Source: an uncultured cyanobacterium (GTDB lineage Bacteria; Cyanobacteriota; Cyanobacteriia; PCC-9006; JAAUQQ01). From it: a stretch of DNA of 64,000 nt. Below are positions 39,601 to 50,875 of this stretch, one piece after another (positions within the stretch are counted from its first letter, which is position 1; every line of letters begins with the position of its first letter). The translations under genes were made by a program, and so were the position numbers. The DNA is taken from positions 1,088,001 to 1,152,000 of the forward strand of contig OY970368.1 of assembly GCA_963718615.1 (NCBI GenBank), in the 5' to 3' direction. The notes beneath the pieces are model-generated. The model ran no database searches. It saw only the letters and a program-made list of their open reading frames with translations, and was not told the origin of the DNA.

Positions 39601-40541
39601 ATGATGTACCTTGACTATCATGCAACTACTCCCTGCGATCGCCGCATCGCCGATCGAATCTACCAAACCCTCACCGAAAACTTTGGTAACGCCAACAGCA
39701 CTGACCATGCCGTAGGCGATCGCGCCGCACAGGCAATCAAAGAAGCAACAAATGCGGTTGCCAACCTCCTCAACACCAACACCAAAGCGATCTTCTTCAC
39801 CTCCGGAGCCACAGAGAGCCTAAACCTCGCCATCCAAGGCACCATCAACGCCCAAGCACAAAAACAAGCGCAAAAACCTCAGCTTCAGTTCGACCGACAA
39901 CCTCGAATTGCCATTTCCCCTGTCGAACATAGCGCCGTGCTCGACCTTTGTCACGCCCTCCACAAGCAAGGCCGAATCGAACTCCTTTTTCTGCAAGTCG
40001 ATCGCCAAGCCAACCTCGATATTCCTCATCTCGAACAAACCTGCGCTAGCGGCCTCGACCTCCTCTGTGTCATGGCCGCCAACAACGAAGTCGGAACCCT
40101 TTATCCCATCCAGCAAATCGCCCGAATTGCCCAACGCCACCAAGTTCCCTTCCTCTGCGACGCCACCCAAGCCGTCGGCAAAATTCCCATCAAATTCAAC
40201 GAATGGGGCATCACGATGCTTGCCCTCTCCGCTCACAAACTGTATGGACCCAAGGGCGTCGGAGCCCTGATTGTTTGCTCAGGCCATCCCTTAAAACCGA
40301 TGCTCTACGGCGGCGGTCAACAGTACGGTTTGCGTCCTGGTACGCTTAACGTCCCTGGCATCGTGGGTTTAGGTGAAGCTTGCCGGTTGCGATCGCTCGA
40401 AATGGAAGAAGACGAGCCAGTGATCGCAAAAAACGCGATCGCCTCCAAACCCTCCTCCAGGCCAAAATCTCTGGCCTCATCATCAATGGTAACCCCAACA
40501 ACCGCCTCGCCGGAAACCTCCACATCGCCATCCCCGGCATT
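39601..40541 (+). pseudogene. Cysteine desulfurase (IscS/DndA-like), frameshifted and 3'-truncated
   Basis: YLDYHATTP, FTSGATES, ANNEVG, DATQAVGK, SAHKLYGPKG. One A is missing in the A-run at 40428-40433; the sequence ends before the catalytic SGSAC cysteine. Confidence 0.88.
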
Positions 40542-40628
40542 TATTCCACCAATCAGACGTCGATGAAACGACGCCCAAAATGCAGGTTGCTCCAGATATG
40601 GATCCATTCCCGGAAAAGGCGAGGCCAT
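40542..40628 (-). pseudogene. 5' fragment of a DUF4058-family gene
   Basis: MASPFPGMDPYLEQPAFWASFHRRLI, the characteristic DUF4058 N-terminus, then runs into antisense desulfurase sequence. Confidence 0.75.
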
Positions 40629-40714
40629 GGGGAAATTCCAGACAAACAACTGTCTTCATCATATCAAGGCTCACAATCCTTGGCGGACCCGCCCATCGCC
40701 GCTAGGCTGGAATC

Positions 40715-43465
40715 ATGGATCTGATTCTCTGCCACACCACCGCCGATTTCGACACCCTCGGAGCCGCTGTCGGGATGACCCAGCTCCTGCCTGGCGCTCG
40801 CATTGTTTTGACCGGCGGAGCCCATCCCGCCGTGCGCGATTTTCTGGCGCTCCATCGTGACGAATATCCCCTGATCGAACGCCGCGCCGTCAAGCCAGAA
40901 CAAATCCGCACCCTGGTAATCGTCGATGCCCAACAGCGATCGCGCCTCGGAAAATCCGCCGAATGGCTTGATCTCCCCCAAGTCGATCGCATTCTGGTCT
41001 ATGACCACCACCTGGATAGTGATTGTGATCTAGCCTCCCCCCCCCAACCCGAGACCCATTGCGAATTGCAAATTGAAGCCGTGGGGGCAACGACGACGTT
41101 GATCGTTGAGAAATTGCGATCGCTCAACCTCAACCTCGATCCCTTTGCCGCCACCGTCATGGCCCTAGGGATTCATGTGGATACGGGGTCCCTCACCTTT
41201 GCCCATTCCACCCCTCGGGATGCAGAGGCGATCGCCTGGTTGATGCGCCAAGGTGCCCATGTGGATGCCCTATCAGAATATATCGACCCCGGTTTCTCCA
41301 CCGAGGTACAAGGGGTTCTTAGCCAGGCGTTGGAACATTTGGGGACCGAAACCTACCACGGTCAGGCGATTTCGCGGGTACTGTTACCCGTCCAGGGATA
41401 TATCGGTGGGCTATCGAGTTTAGCGTCGGAACTGCTGGCGCTGACGGCGAGCGATGGGGTGCTCCTGGGGGTCTATTATCCCGTCGGGGAAGACGAGCAG
41501 GAGGTGCGGCTGACGGTGATTGGGCGATCGCAAATTGAAGGTCCCAATCTGGGCCAGATCTTTCAGCGTTGGGGCGGCGGAGGGCACGCCAAGGCGGCGG
41601 CGATGACGCTGCGCGGGGTTGAGGTAGAACCAATTTGGCATGAAATCTGGGAGTTGTTTCATCAACAAATTCCGGAGCCCCTAACCGCCAGGGATTTGAT
41701 GTCTTCGCCGGTACGCACGGTGCGGCCCGATACGCTGATCGAAGAGGCCCAGCGGATTTTACTGCGCTATGGCCATTCGGGGCTGTCGGTGGTGAATGAC
41801 CAAGATGCGTTGGTGGGAATCATTTCACGGCGGGACTTGGACTTGGCGCTGCACCATGGGTTTGGCCATGCGCCGGTCAAGGGCTACATGAGCCGCAATC
41901 TCAAGACGATCGCCCCAGAGGCTGGTTTGCCAGAAATTGAGCAGTTAATGGTGACTTACGATGTGGGGCGGCTGCCGGTGTTGGAGGCAGGACATTTAAT
42001 CGGCATTGTCACCCGTACCGATGTGCTGCGGACCCGCTACCAGGGAACGCTGGCCACCGAAGCCCAATCCACGAGTCCAGAGTTTCCTAGCCCTGAGCCG
42101 ATCAACGCACAACTCAAGGCTCGCCTGCTGCCACAACTCTGGCACCTGCTGGAAACCGCTGCGGCCTATGCCCATCACCGGGGCTGGCATCTTTATTTGG
42201 TGGGTGGCGGCGTGCGCGATCTGCTATTGGCGGATCCCCAGGAGCCATTGTTGCTGAGCGACGTTGACTTGGTGGTTGATGGCTTTCATCACTCGCTCAC
42301 AGAAGCCGCCGGGGTTGAACTGGCCACAGCCCTGCAGCAGACCTATCCGGCGGCTCGTCTGGAGGTGCATGGCAAATTTCAAACCGCAGCGCTGCTTTGG
42401 CACAATGACCCGATGTTTCAGTCCCTTTGGATTGATGTGGCAACGTCCCGCACGGAATTTTATCCCTATCCGGCGGCGAATCCTGAAGTGGAAGCCAGCT
42501 CGATTCGACAGGATCTCTATCGGCGGGATTTCACGATTAATGCCTTGGCGCTACAACTGACGCCGCCGCGAACCGGTGCCCTGCTAGATTTTTTTGGGGG
42601 ATTGTTGGACTTGCGCGATCGCCTCGTGCGAGTCCTCCATGCCAACAGTTTTATCGAAGACCCCACCCGAATTTATCGAGCGGTGCGATTTGCCGTGCGA
42701 CTGGGGTTTGCCATTGAGCCCCAGACCCGTGAATACATCACCTACGCGCTGGATAGTGGGGTGTATGAACGGATTCAGGGGGAAAATGCGATCGCCCCCG
42801 CCCTCCAAACCCGTCTCAGGGCGGAGCTAGAATACATCCTCGAAGCGGGCTACTGGCAAGCTGCCCTAAAGTTGCTAGGAGAACTCGATGCCCTACGCTG
42901 TTTGCACCCGACGCTACACCTGACGCCAGCACTGTGGAAACGAATTCGGTTAGTGAATCGCGGTATTCAGCGGGTGCAGCAGCCCCCAACGGAAACACCG
43001 TTGACCCCTTGGCGAATGCGGCTCGAAGTGTTGCTGGCAGAACTCCAGCCGGACTATCGCGGCATCGTTGCCCACAGGCTGCAGCTTCCCGCTGATAGCA
43101 TTCGGCGGCTAGAGCATCTGGCCACCGCTCACAGGGCTGTCCTCACCTCACTGCAACAGGCGCAACGTCCGAGCCAGATTTATCAAAGCCTGCTGCCCTA
43201 CGATGTGCCCACCCTCATGTTGATTGCAGCCCACTGTGATGCAGAGCCTCGGCGTCAAATTTGGCAGTATCTCACCCGCTGGATGAATGCCAAACCGCCC
43301 CTAGATGGCACGGATCTGAAGGCGATGGGATATAAACCGGGTAAGCAGTTTAAGGTCATGCTGGACTGGGTGATGGCGGTTTATTTGGATGAGGAACTGA
43401 GTCTGTTCCCCACGGAGCTCAAGCAGCACCTGCAACAGCGCCTACAGCAGCACTATCCGCTTTGA
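40715..43465 (+). CDS. DHH/DHHA1-CBS-tRNA nucleotidyltransferase (likely A-adding enzyme)
   Basis: YDHH, GGGGHAKAA, CBS pair, LYLVGGGVRD, DVDLVV, RRDFTINA, SFIEDPTRIYRA. Confidence 0.92.
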   Translation: MDLILCHTTADFDTLGAAVGMTQLLPGARIVLTGGAHPAVRDFLALHRDEYPLIERRAVKPEQIRTLVIVDAQQRSRLGKSAEWLDLPQVDRILVYDHHLDSDCDLASPPQPETHCELQIEAVGATTTLIVEKLRSLNLNLDPFAATVMALGIHVDTGSLTFAHSTPRDAEAIAWLMRQGAHVDALSEYIDPGFSTEVQGVLSQALEHLGTETYHGQAISRVLLPVQGYIGGLSSLASELLALTASDGVLLGVYYPVGEDEQEVRLTVIGRSQIEGPNLGQIFQRWGGGGHAKAAAMTLRGVEVEPIWHEIWELFHQQIPEPLTARDLMSSPVRTVRPDTLIEEAQRILLRYGHSGLSVVNDQDALVGIISRRDLDLALHHGFGHAPVKGYMSRNLKTIAPEAGLPEIEQLMVTYDVGRLPVLEAGHLIGIVTRTDVLRTRYQGTLATEAQSTSPEFPSPEPINAQLKARLLPQLWHLLETAAAYAHHRGWHLYLVGGGVRDLLLADPQEPLLLSDVDLVVDGFHHSLTEAAGVELATALQQTYPAARLEVHGKFQTAALLWHNDPMFQSLWIDVATSRTEFYPYPAANPEVEASSIRQDLYRRDFTINALALQLTPPRTGALLDFFGGLLDLRDRLVRVLHANSFIEDPTRIYRAVRFAVRLGFAIEPQTREYITYALDSGVYERIQGENAIAPALQTRLRAELEYILEAGYWQAALKLLGELDALRCLHPTLHLTPALWKRIRLVNRGIQRVQQPPTETPLTPWRMRLEVLLAELQPDYRGIVAHRLQLPADSIRRLEHLATAHRAVLTSLQQAQRPSQIYQSLLPYDVPTLMLIAAHCDAEPRRQIWQYLTRWMNAKPPLDGTDLKAMGYKPGKQFKVMLDWVMAVYLDEELSLFPTELKQHLQQRLQQHYPL

Positions 43466-43555
43466 CCCAATTGCTGAAAGCCTCACCCTAGTTTTATCTA
43501 ACCCTAGTCCTATCTTAAAATTTTAGGAGAGTTCTAGGGCCGTTCTAGAGCAGTT

Positions 43556-44092
43556 CTATCGTAGCTTTTCAGTGGCATTGACCAACGCTTCGGCAAACTG
43601 GTCCAGCCGCGCCGAAAGCTTGGCATCCTTGAGCTTTCCGTCTGGATCAAACGCCTGCCAAGCTTGGCCGATCGCCACTTGCTCCGGAATCATCCAGGCA
43701 TGGACCCAACGCAGAATCGTCCGTAAATCATTGAGCGCATTATTGTTACTTTGCCCTCCCAACACACTGATCGCCCCAGTGACCTTGCCCTCTAGGTGCT
43801 CAAAACTCATCAAATCCAGGGCATTTTTGAGGACACCGCTCACGCTGCCATGGTATTCCGGTGTGGCCAAGACCAAGGCATCCGCTGCCTTGACCGTTGC
43901 TTGCAGCCGCGCCACATCCGGAAAGGCGCTGTAATCATCCCCACCGTGGCAAAAGGGGAGCGTCATCTCGCGCAAATCTAAAATCTCTGTTTCCGCTCCC
44001 AAGGCCGCAAGCCGCTGCATGACCAATCCTAAGGCCTGATAACTCGAAGAATTGGGCCGTAAACTTCCGCCAATGCCGACAATCTTGACCAT
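43556..44092 (-). CDS. NADPH-dependent FMN reductase
   Basis: GSLRPNS, TPEYHGSVSGVLKNALD. Confidence 0.92.
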   Translation of the reverse strand: MVKIVGIGGSLRPNSSSYQALGLVMQRLAALGAETEILDLREMTLPFCHGGDDYSAFPDVARLQATVKAADALVLATPEYHGSVSGVLKNALDLMSFEHLEGKVTGAISVLGGQSNNNALNDLRTILRWVHAWMIPEQVAIGQAWQAFDPDGKLKDAKLSARLDQFAEALVNATEKLR

Positions 44093-44242
44093 GGTGTTAC
44101 CCTCCTGAGGCTTATTTCTCATAATCATAACGACTTCGTCTAAGCCTGTCGAGCCCGTAGCACCACGGAGAATCGACAACCCTCTAGCAGACAGCGCTAG
44201 ACTAGGGAAAGCTTTTTATTTCGCACCCCAATTCCTTAGGCT

Positions 44243-46411
44243 ATGAAACGTTCTCGGCAACCCCGTTGGTCTCAGCGTCCGAATCATCAGCAATCTGCTT
44301 CGCCTGCTCAGCAAGGGCAGCGTTGGATGAAAGGAGGTTCGGTTCTGGGGATAACCCTGGGCTGGATGCTGTTGCAAGGGTTGGGGGGAGGCGTGATGGC
44401 GCAGTCAGCGCCGAAAACCGGAGCTGGATCCTTAGGGGCTGGATCCTTGGCTCAGAATCAACCCCAGCCTACGGCTGACGTGGCTACGCCTCTGCCGACG
44501 GCAGAGGCCGTTCCCGCTGCGGGTCAGAATGTCCCTGATGCGGCCTCCGAGACGGAGCCCAATGCGGCTCCCAATGCAGTTCCCAATGCAGTCCCCAGCA
44601 GTCCGAATACCTCGGCGCAGCCTTCGTCGGGGCCGACCTACAGCCAATTGCTCAAGGATATTGATGCCCAGAAGGTCAAAGGCCTAGAGTATGACCCAGT
44701 GCAGGATGTGGCGCGGGCCTATTACAAAAGCAATCCGGCCCAGGAGGTTGTGATTTCGTTGCCTCCGCGTCCCACGGAGCTCTACGATGCCGAACGGCTG
44801 CGGGTCTCTGGCGTGGATTTTACGGTTCAGCCCACCGCTGACAATAGCGATAAGCTCGTGCTGTTGGCGAATCTGATGCTGTTTTTGATCTTGATCTTTG
44901 CGGTGATGATGATCATCCGGCGATCGGCAGGGGCAGCCAATCAGGCAATGAGTTTTGGTAAGTCTAAGGCCCGGTTCCAGATGGAAGCCAAAACCGGTGT
45001 GACCTTTGAGGATGTTGCGGGGGTAGAAGAGGCGAAGGAGGAGCTGGCAGAGGTGGTTTCGTTCCTCAAGCAGCCTGAAAAATTTACGGCGATCGGGGCC
45101 AAAATTCCCAAGGGGATGCTGTTGGTGGGGCCGCCGGGAACGGGGAAGACTTTGTTGGCGAAGGCGATCGCCGGAGAAGCGGGTGTGCCCTTCTTCAGCA
45201 TTTCCGGCTCAGAATTTGTCGAAATGTTTGTTGGTGTCGGGGCCTCGCGGGTACGGGATCTGTTTCGTAAGGCGAAGGAAAACCGGCCCTGCTTGATTTT
45301 TATTGATGAAATTGATGCGGTGGGTCGCCAGCGGGGCACGGGCATTGGCGGTGGCAATGACGAGCGTGAACAAACCCTCAACCAACTCCTGACTGAGATG
45401 GATGGCTTTGAGGACAATTCTGGAATTATCATCATCGCGGCGACGAACCGCCCGGATGTTTTGGATGCAGCATTATTGCGGCCCGGTCGATTTGATCGTC
45501 AGGTTGTCGTGGATTTGCCCAGCTACAACGGGCGTCTGGGCATTTTGGAAGTCCATGCCCGCAGCAAGAAAATCGCCAGCGATGTCTCCCTCAAGCAAAT
45601 TGCGCGGCGCACCCCTGGTTTCTCCGGCGCGGATTTGGCAAACCTGCTCAACGAAGCGGCCATTCTCACCGCCCGTCGCCACAAGGAAGCCGCCACCATG
45701 GACGAGGTGAACGATGCCATCGACCGCATCACCATCGGCATGACGCTGACGCCGCTCCTAGACAGCAAGAAAAAGCGGCTGATTGCCTACCACGAGGTCG
45801 GCCATGCCATGCTGATGACGCTCTGCAAGCATTCGGATTTGCTCGACAAAGTGACGATTATTCCGCGCTCCGGCGGGGTTGGCGGTTTTGCCAAATCCGT
45901 GCCCAATGAAGACGTGATCGATAGTGGTCTTTACACGCGGGCCTATATGCTCGATCGCCTAATTGTGGCCATGGGGGGTCGTGCTGCCGAAAAGGTCGTC
46001 TTTGGGGATGATGAAGTCACGTCTGGAGCCTCATCGGACATTCGATTTGTGACGAATCTGGCGCGGGAGATGGTCACCAAGTACGGCATGTCGTCCCTGG
46101 GTCCGGTGGCCCTCGAAAGCTCTGGCAGCGAAATTTTCCTAGGGCGCGACCTGATGAACTCCCGTCCGGAATATTCCGAGGATATGGCCATTCAGATCGA
46201 TCGCCAGATCCGCTCCCTGGCTGCCCAAGCCTATGAAGAAGCCTGCAACACCCTTTCAGAGCACCGTTTAGCCCTCGATCGCCTGGTGGAAGTGCTCGCG
46301 GAACAGGAGAGTATTGATGGGGAAGATTTCCGCCAAATTCTCTCCGAATTTACCGAGGTTCCGAAGAAATCGGGTGCGGTGCCCAAGGATGCAGCACCCG
46401 TGGAGGTCTAA
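44243..46411 (+). CDS. ftsH: ATP-dependent zinc metalloprotease FtsH
   Basis: [39 protein letters not shown]. Confidence 0.96.
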   Translation: MKRSRQPRWSQRPNHQQSASPAQQGQRWMKGGSVLGITLGWMLLQGLGGGVMAQSAPKTGAGSLGAGSLAQNQPQPTADVATPLPTAEAVPAAGQNVPDAASETEPNAAPNAVPNAVPSSPNTSAQPSSGPTYSQLLKDIDAQKVKGLEYDPVQDVARAYYKSNPAQEVVISLPPRPTELYDAERLRVSGVDFTVQPTADNSDKLVLLANLMLFLILIFAVMMIIRRSAGAANQAMSFGKSKARFQMEAKTGVTFEDVAGVEEAKEELAEVVSFLKQPEKFTAIGAKIPKGMLLVGPPGTGKTLLAKAIAGEAGVPFFSISGSEFVEMFVGVGASRVRDLFRKAKENRPCLIFIDEIDAVGRQRGTGIGGGNDEREQTLNQLLTEMDGFEDNSGIIIIAATNRPDVLDAALLRPGRFDRQVVVDLPSYNGRLGILEVHARSKKIASDVSLKQIARRTPGFSGADLANLLNEAAILTARRHKEAATMDEVNDAIDRITIGMTLTPLLDSKKKRLIAYHEVGHAMLMTLCKHSDLLDKVTIIPRSGGVGGFAKSVPNEDVIDSGLYTRAYMLDRLIVAMGGRAAEKVVFGDDEVTSGASSDIRFVTNLAREMVTKYGMSSLGPVALESSGSEIFLGRDLMNSRPEYSEDMAIQIDRQIRSLAAQAYEEACNTLSEHRLALDRLVEVLAEQESIDGEDFRQILSEFTEVPKKSGAVPKDAAPVEV

Positions 46412-46511
46412 TCAATTTTGAAGGGGGATTTAAAACCAAGCCTAACCTCTTTAAAATTGGCACAATCACTATGAAATCGAGGTTTGCTTCGATTTTCAGG
46501 AGTATCGTGCC

Positions 46512-48323
46512 ATGGCTCAGTCCCCCCCGAAGCCTTCCCAGACCTGGGATCTGTCGGATTTGTATCAAGGGTTGGCGGATCAGCGGCTTCAGGCCGATCT
46601 AACGGCGCTGCAAGAGGAAGCGATGGGGTTTCGCGATCGCTACTACCAAACCCTAGCCACCCGCACCCCTGCTGAAATCTTGGCGGGGGTGCAAGCGTTG
46701 GAGGGCATCCTGGAAAAATCGGGCTATCTCTATGCCTATCCCTCGCTGAGGTTTGCGGCGGATACCCGCGATCGCCCCGCCCAACAGGCCCTAGACCAAC
46801 TGCTCGAACAGCTCACCGCCCTGGAAAATCAAGTTTTATTTTTCCTTCTGGAACTCAAAGACCTCTCAGCTCAGCAATTTTCTCAGCTCGAACAGGCCCC
46901 TGAGCTGCGTCCCTATCAGCATTATTTCCATAGCCTAGCCCTGGCGCGTCCCCACAAACTGCCTGAGGCCGTCGAGCAAACCCGTAATCAAATGGCCTTG
47001 ACGGGGCGACAGTCCCTGATTCAGCTACGCGCCGTCCACCAGGGAGAGTTGGAATATGAGCCGGTGAGGTTGCCCGATGGGGCGATCGCCACCACCGAAG
47101 CCGAACTCAATGCCCTGCTCTTTCATGCCGATGCAACCTTGCGGCGCAAAGCCTACGAATCCGTCCGTCGGGTGTTGCAGGAGCATAACTCGCTCTACGG
47201 CTTTATCCTCAATACCCTGGCCCAAGACCATCGCATCGAAAATCAAATGCGGGGGTATCCCTCCACGTTGGCCAAGCAGTTGTTGTTGGATCAGGTGTCG
47301 GAGTCTGTCTTTCACGCCATTATGGACGGCACCGCCCGGCGCTTTGATTTGTTTCAGCGCTACTATCGGCTCAAGGGCAAAGCCCTCGGTCAGCGCACCC
47401 AAATTAGCGATATCTATGCCCCTTGGCCCCAGGCAAACCCGATGACGGTGGACTACGAGACCGGTGTAGAAATGCTGCTAGCGGCCCTCGGTCAGTTTGA
47501 TCCCCATTATGGGGCGCAGGCCGAAGTCTTTTTTCGCAAAAACTGGGTGGATGCTCAAGTGCGTCCGGGAAAACGCAGCGGTGCATTTTGTTCGTTTATC
47601 TATGGAAAACACAGCTATTTGCTGTTGTCTTATACCGAGGACTACGACTCGTTGTTTACCCTAGCCCACGAGATGGGCCATGGTTTACATTTTGCTTGGT
47701 CGGGCGATCGCCAGTCCTATTTCAACAGCCATCCGCCCATGATTCTCGCGGAAATTGCCTCCACGTTTAACGAGCTGTTGCTCTTAGATTATTGGCTCCA
47801 ACAGGCCTCTGAGGATTGGGGCTTGAGGCGATCGCTCCTCACCCGTCAGATCGAAGATCAGCTCAATTTACTCTTTCGCCAAAGCACGATTAGCCGGTTA
47901 GAATTGGCCATCCATGAACGGGCCATGACCGGTAGTTTTGATGCAACCTTTGTCAATCAAACCTGGCAGGAACTCTATGGTCAGCTCTGCGGCGAGGCCA
48001 TCGATCTCCTGCCGGTGCATCAATACGATTGGGCACGCATTGGTCATATCTTCTTTAAGCCCTATTACTGCTACCAATACACGGCCTCCACTATCGTTAG
48101 CCTAGCCTGTTATCAACAGTATCGTGAAGTCGGCAAAGCCTTTATTCCGGGCTATTTAGAATTGCTTGCCGCCGGTGGCAGCCTAGACCAAGTGGGCGCG
48201 TTGAAAAAATTTGTCGGGGTCGATTTGGAAGACCCCCAGACCATTGCCCAGGCCCTCGGCTATGTGGAAGACCTGATTCAATCCCTCGAAGCCCTCTGGG
48301 AAACCGAGCCAGGAGCAGATTAG
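46512..48323 (+). CDS. M3-family oligoendopeptidase F
   Basis: WDLSDLY, GKRSGAF, TLAHEMGHGLH, AEIASTFNE. Confidence 0.92.
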   Translation: MAQSPPKPSQTWDLSDLYQGLADQRLQADLTALQEEAMGFRDRYYQTLATRTPAEILAGVQALEGILEKSGYLYAYPSLRFAADTRDRPAQQALDQLLEQLTALENQVLFFLLELKDLSAQQFSQLEQAPELRPYQHYFHSLALARPHKLPEAVEQTRNQMALTGRQSLIQLRAVHQGELEYEPVRLPDGAIATTEAELNALLFHADATLRRKAYESVRRVLQEHNSLYGFILNTLAQDHRIENQMRGYPSTLAKQLLLDQVSESVFHAIMDGTARRFDLFQRYYRLKGKALGQRTQISDIYAPWPQANPMTVDYETGVEMLLAALGQFDPHYGAQAEVFFRKNWVDAQVRPGKRSGAFCSFIYGKHSYLLLSYTEDYDSLFTLAHEMGHGLHFAWSGDRQSYFNSHPPMILAEIASTFNELLLLDYWLQQASEDWGLRRSLLTRQIEDQLNLLFRQSTISRLELAIHERAMTGSFDATFVNQTWQELYGQLCGEAIDLLPVHQYDWARIGHIFFKPYYCYQYTASTIVSLACYQQYREVGKAFIPGYLELLAAGGSLDQVGALKKFVGVDLEDPQTIAQALGYVEDLIQSLEALWETEPGAD

Positions 48324-48372
48324 GATATAAAGCCTAGCTAGGCACCACCATTTTGGGGATTGATCGCAGACC

Positions 48373-50127
48373 ATGGGCAACCCAGGGCTCTTACTCATTT
48401 GCTTTGTCGTTGGACTGGGGCTGCGGCTGTTGTGCCTGGATGCCAAACCCGTTTGGGCCGATGAATGGACGACATTTGTCTTTAGCCTGGGCCATAGCTT
48501 TCGGGGGTTGCCCTTCAATCAATTGCTGTCGATGGACCAACTCCTCGCACCGGTCAAGCTCGATACCGCCACCCTCGGGGAGGGGATTGGGCATCTCATG
48601 GCCGAAAGTACCCATCCGCCGCTCTATTTTGCCCTCTCTTCTGTCTGGATGCAGCTCTGGCAGCGGCCTGGAGAGCTGGTTTCTCCCTGGGTTGGGCGAT
48701 CGCTCAGTGCGTTGTTTGGGGCGATCGCCATTCCCTTGGCCTACCTTCTGGCCCGCCGTCTGGGCCAGCCACCGCGCGTGGCTCACCTGGCCGCTTGGCT
48801 GATGGCCGTTTCGCCCTTTGGGATTTATTTGGCCCAGGATGCGCGGCACTATACCCTGGCGTTACTCTGGGCAATGGTTTCGCTGGGTTGTTTTGTGCGA
48901 GCCTGGGAAGCCGTTGGGCAACCCTCCCCCCCCGACAAACGGCGGTTTACGCCCCTCGTCTGGCTCTGGATCGGGGTCAATGGCCTCGGGTTTGCCACCC
49001 ATTATGTCTTTGCGCTGTTGATGGCGGCCCAGGGATTAGCCTTGGGGCTGCGCTGGGTCTGGCAAGGGGTGGGGGTGGGACGGGTTGGCAAAAGGGGGCA
49101 GGATGGTTCGCCAATGCTCTGGAATCAAGCCTGGAATCGAGCTTGGAATCGAATCTGCAATCGAGCTTGGCAGCGGGTGGCGATCGCCGCCCTAGGGTCA
49201 TTATTCAGCCTGTTGCCCTGGAGCGGTTTCCTCGCGCGATCCGCCAACAGCGAACTCACCCGTTGGGTCAACCAAAAACTCTCGGGACTGGCGCTGCTGG
49301 AACCCTTGGGACGGTTGCTGAGCTGGCTGATCGCCATGGTAGGGGCTGTGCCGGTGGAACAGGTGCCCTTGGGCCTTGTCATTCCCGGTGTTCTGCTGTT
49401 GTTGGGAAGTTTGGCTTGGTTGCTACCCCAGATCACGCAAGGACTCCGGCAATCCCTCTCGGCCTCCAACCCCGTGACCCAGGCGTTGCTAGCGATCGGT
49501 GCTGCCCAACTGGCCATCCTGCTGGGACTGGCCTGGTTTTTTCATCAAGACCTGACACTTAGCCCTCGCTACGCCTTTCCGCTGTTGCCTATCACTGGAC
49601 TGCTGTTGGCGATCGCCCTTCATACCCTCTGGCCCCAATCGCGGCGGGCGATCGCCCTGCTCCTCCTCCTGGGGCTTTGCGGCAGCCTCAGCGTCAGCTT
49701 CGACTTTGCCTTTCAAAAACCCGATCGCCCGGACCAAGTCGTGCAAGATATCCGGGACTTTTATCGCGAGTGGGAAGCTAAAACCGGCGAACCCTGGACC
49801 TCACGCCCCCTCGTCCTGGCCATTACCCACAAAACCCACTCTGAAACCAGCAAAATGATGGGAATTGCCTGGGAATGGCAGAAACCGTTGAGCGGTATTG
49901 GATCGGGAATTCAGCCCCCTCAATTTCTCCTGATTCAACGCAATCCCTATACTTTTTATGCCACCCGAGGGTTGCGAGAGGCCACGGCTGATTTGCCTCG
50001 TCCGTTTGAGCTTTGGCTGGTGAACTTTTCCGCAACCCCTGGTTTTCGATTGCTCGACTGTACGATGGAAAAAACGGTCAAATACCGGGCTCCCGGCTAT
50101 CACTACAAACGTCATGTTTGCTATTAA
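48373..50127 (+). CDS. GT39/PMT-like integral membrane glycosyltransferase
   Basis: WADE, HPPLYF, AQDARHY, many TM helices. Confidence 0.85.
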   Translation: MGNPGLLLICFVVGLGLRLLCLDAKPVWADEWTTFVFSLGHSFRGLPFNQLLSMDQLLAPVKLDTATLGEGIGHLMAESTHPPLYFALSSVWMQLWQRPGELVSPWVGRSLSALFGAIAIPLAYLLARRLGQPPRVAHLAAWLMAVSPFGIYLAQDARHYTLALLWAMVSLGCFVRAWEAVGQPSPPDKRRFTPLVWLWIGVNGLGFATHYVFALLMAAQGLALGLRWVWQGVGVGRVGKRGQDGSPMLWNQAWNRAWNRICNRAWQRVAIAALGSLFSLLPWSGFLARSANSELTRWVNQKLSGLALLEPLGRLLSWLIAMVGAVPVEQVPLGLVIPGVLLLLGSLAWLLPQITQGLRQSLSASNPVTQALLAIGAAQLAILLGLAWFFHQDLTLSPRYAFPLLPITGLLLAIALHTLWPQSRRAIALLLLLGLCGSLSVSFDFAFQKPDRPDQVVQDIRDFYREWEAKTGEPWTSRPLVLAITHKTHSETSKMMGIAWEWQKPLSGIGSGIQPPQFLLIQRNPYTFYATRGLREATADLPRPFELWLVNFSATPGFRLLDCTMEKTVKYRAPGYHYKRHVCY

Positions 50128-50740
50128 CGAGTCGCTCCGTCTCCCGGAGGCAGACCTTGAGTTGGATTCCCAATTTATTCCCGCAGTAGAAGCGGATGTC
50201 ATTTTGGAGCAGTTGCTCAGCGACATTGACTGGCAGCAGCGATCGATCACCCTCTTTGGCAAAACCATTCCCCAGCCCCGCCTGACGGCCTGGTACGGTG
50301 ACCCAGGGGCAGCCTACCGCTACTCGGGCCTTTACTGGGAACCCCTGCCTTGGACGCCGCTGTTGCGATCGCTCAAAAACCGGATCGAACAACAGACTGG
50401 GCTGACCTTTAACAGCGTGTTGCTCAATTTATATCGCCATGGCCAAGACAGCATGGGATGGCATAGCGATGATGAGCCAGAATTAGGCAAAAATCCGGCG
50501 ATCGCCTCCCTCAGTTTTGGAGCCAGCCGTCGCTTTCTCCTACGCCACCGACAGGATAAAACACTCAAACAGACCCTCCATCTGGGCCACGGCAGCTTAC
50601 TCTTGATGAAAGGCGAGACGCAACACCATTGGCACCATCAGCTTCCGAAAACCCCGCAAATCGACCAACCTCGGGTCAATCTAACCTTTCGTCAAATCGT
50701 CGGCCTGGTTCCAGCCTCGGGAAAGGGATCAACGACCTAG
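50114..50740 (+). CDS. AlkB-family 2OG-Fe(II) dioxygenase
   Basis: QPRLTAWYG, NLYR, WHSDDE, HQLPK, RVNLTFR. Confidence 0.92.
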   Translation: MFAINESLRLPEADLELDSQFIPAVEADVILEQLLSDIDWQQRSITLFGKTIPQPRLTAWYGDPGAAYRYSGLYWEPLPWTPLLRSLKNRIEQQTGLTFNSVLLNLYRHGQDSMGWHSDDEPELGKNPAIASLSFGASRRFLLRHRQDKTLKQTLHLGHGSLLLMKGETQHHWHHQLPKTPQIDQPRVNLTFRQIVGLVPASGKGSTT

Positions 50741-50875
50741 GCGAGAATAACAGCCCTCTTGCAGGTATCGAGATTACTATGGGGACAACTCTAGAGAAAA
50801 ACGTTTCGCAGATATCCGGCATCGCGATCGCTCCGTCTTCAAGGTTTGCACCCCATTCCATAGGCTGAAACCGTC

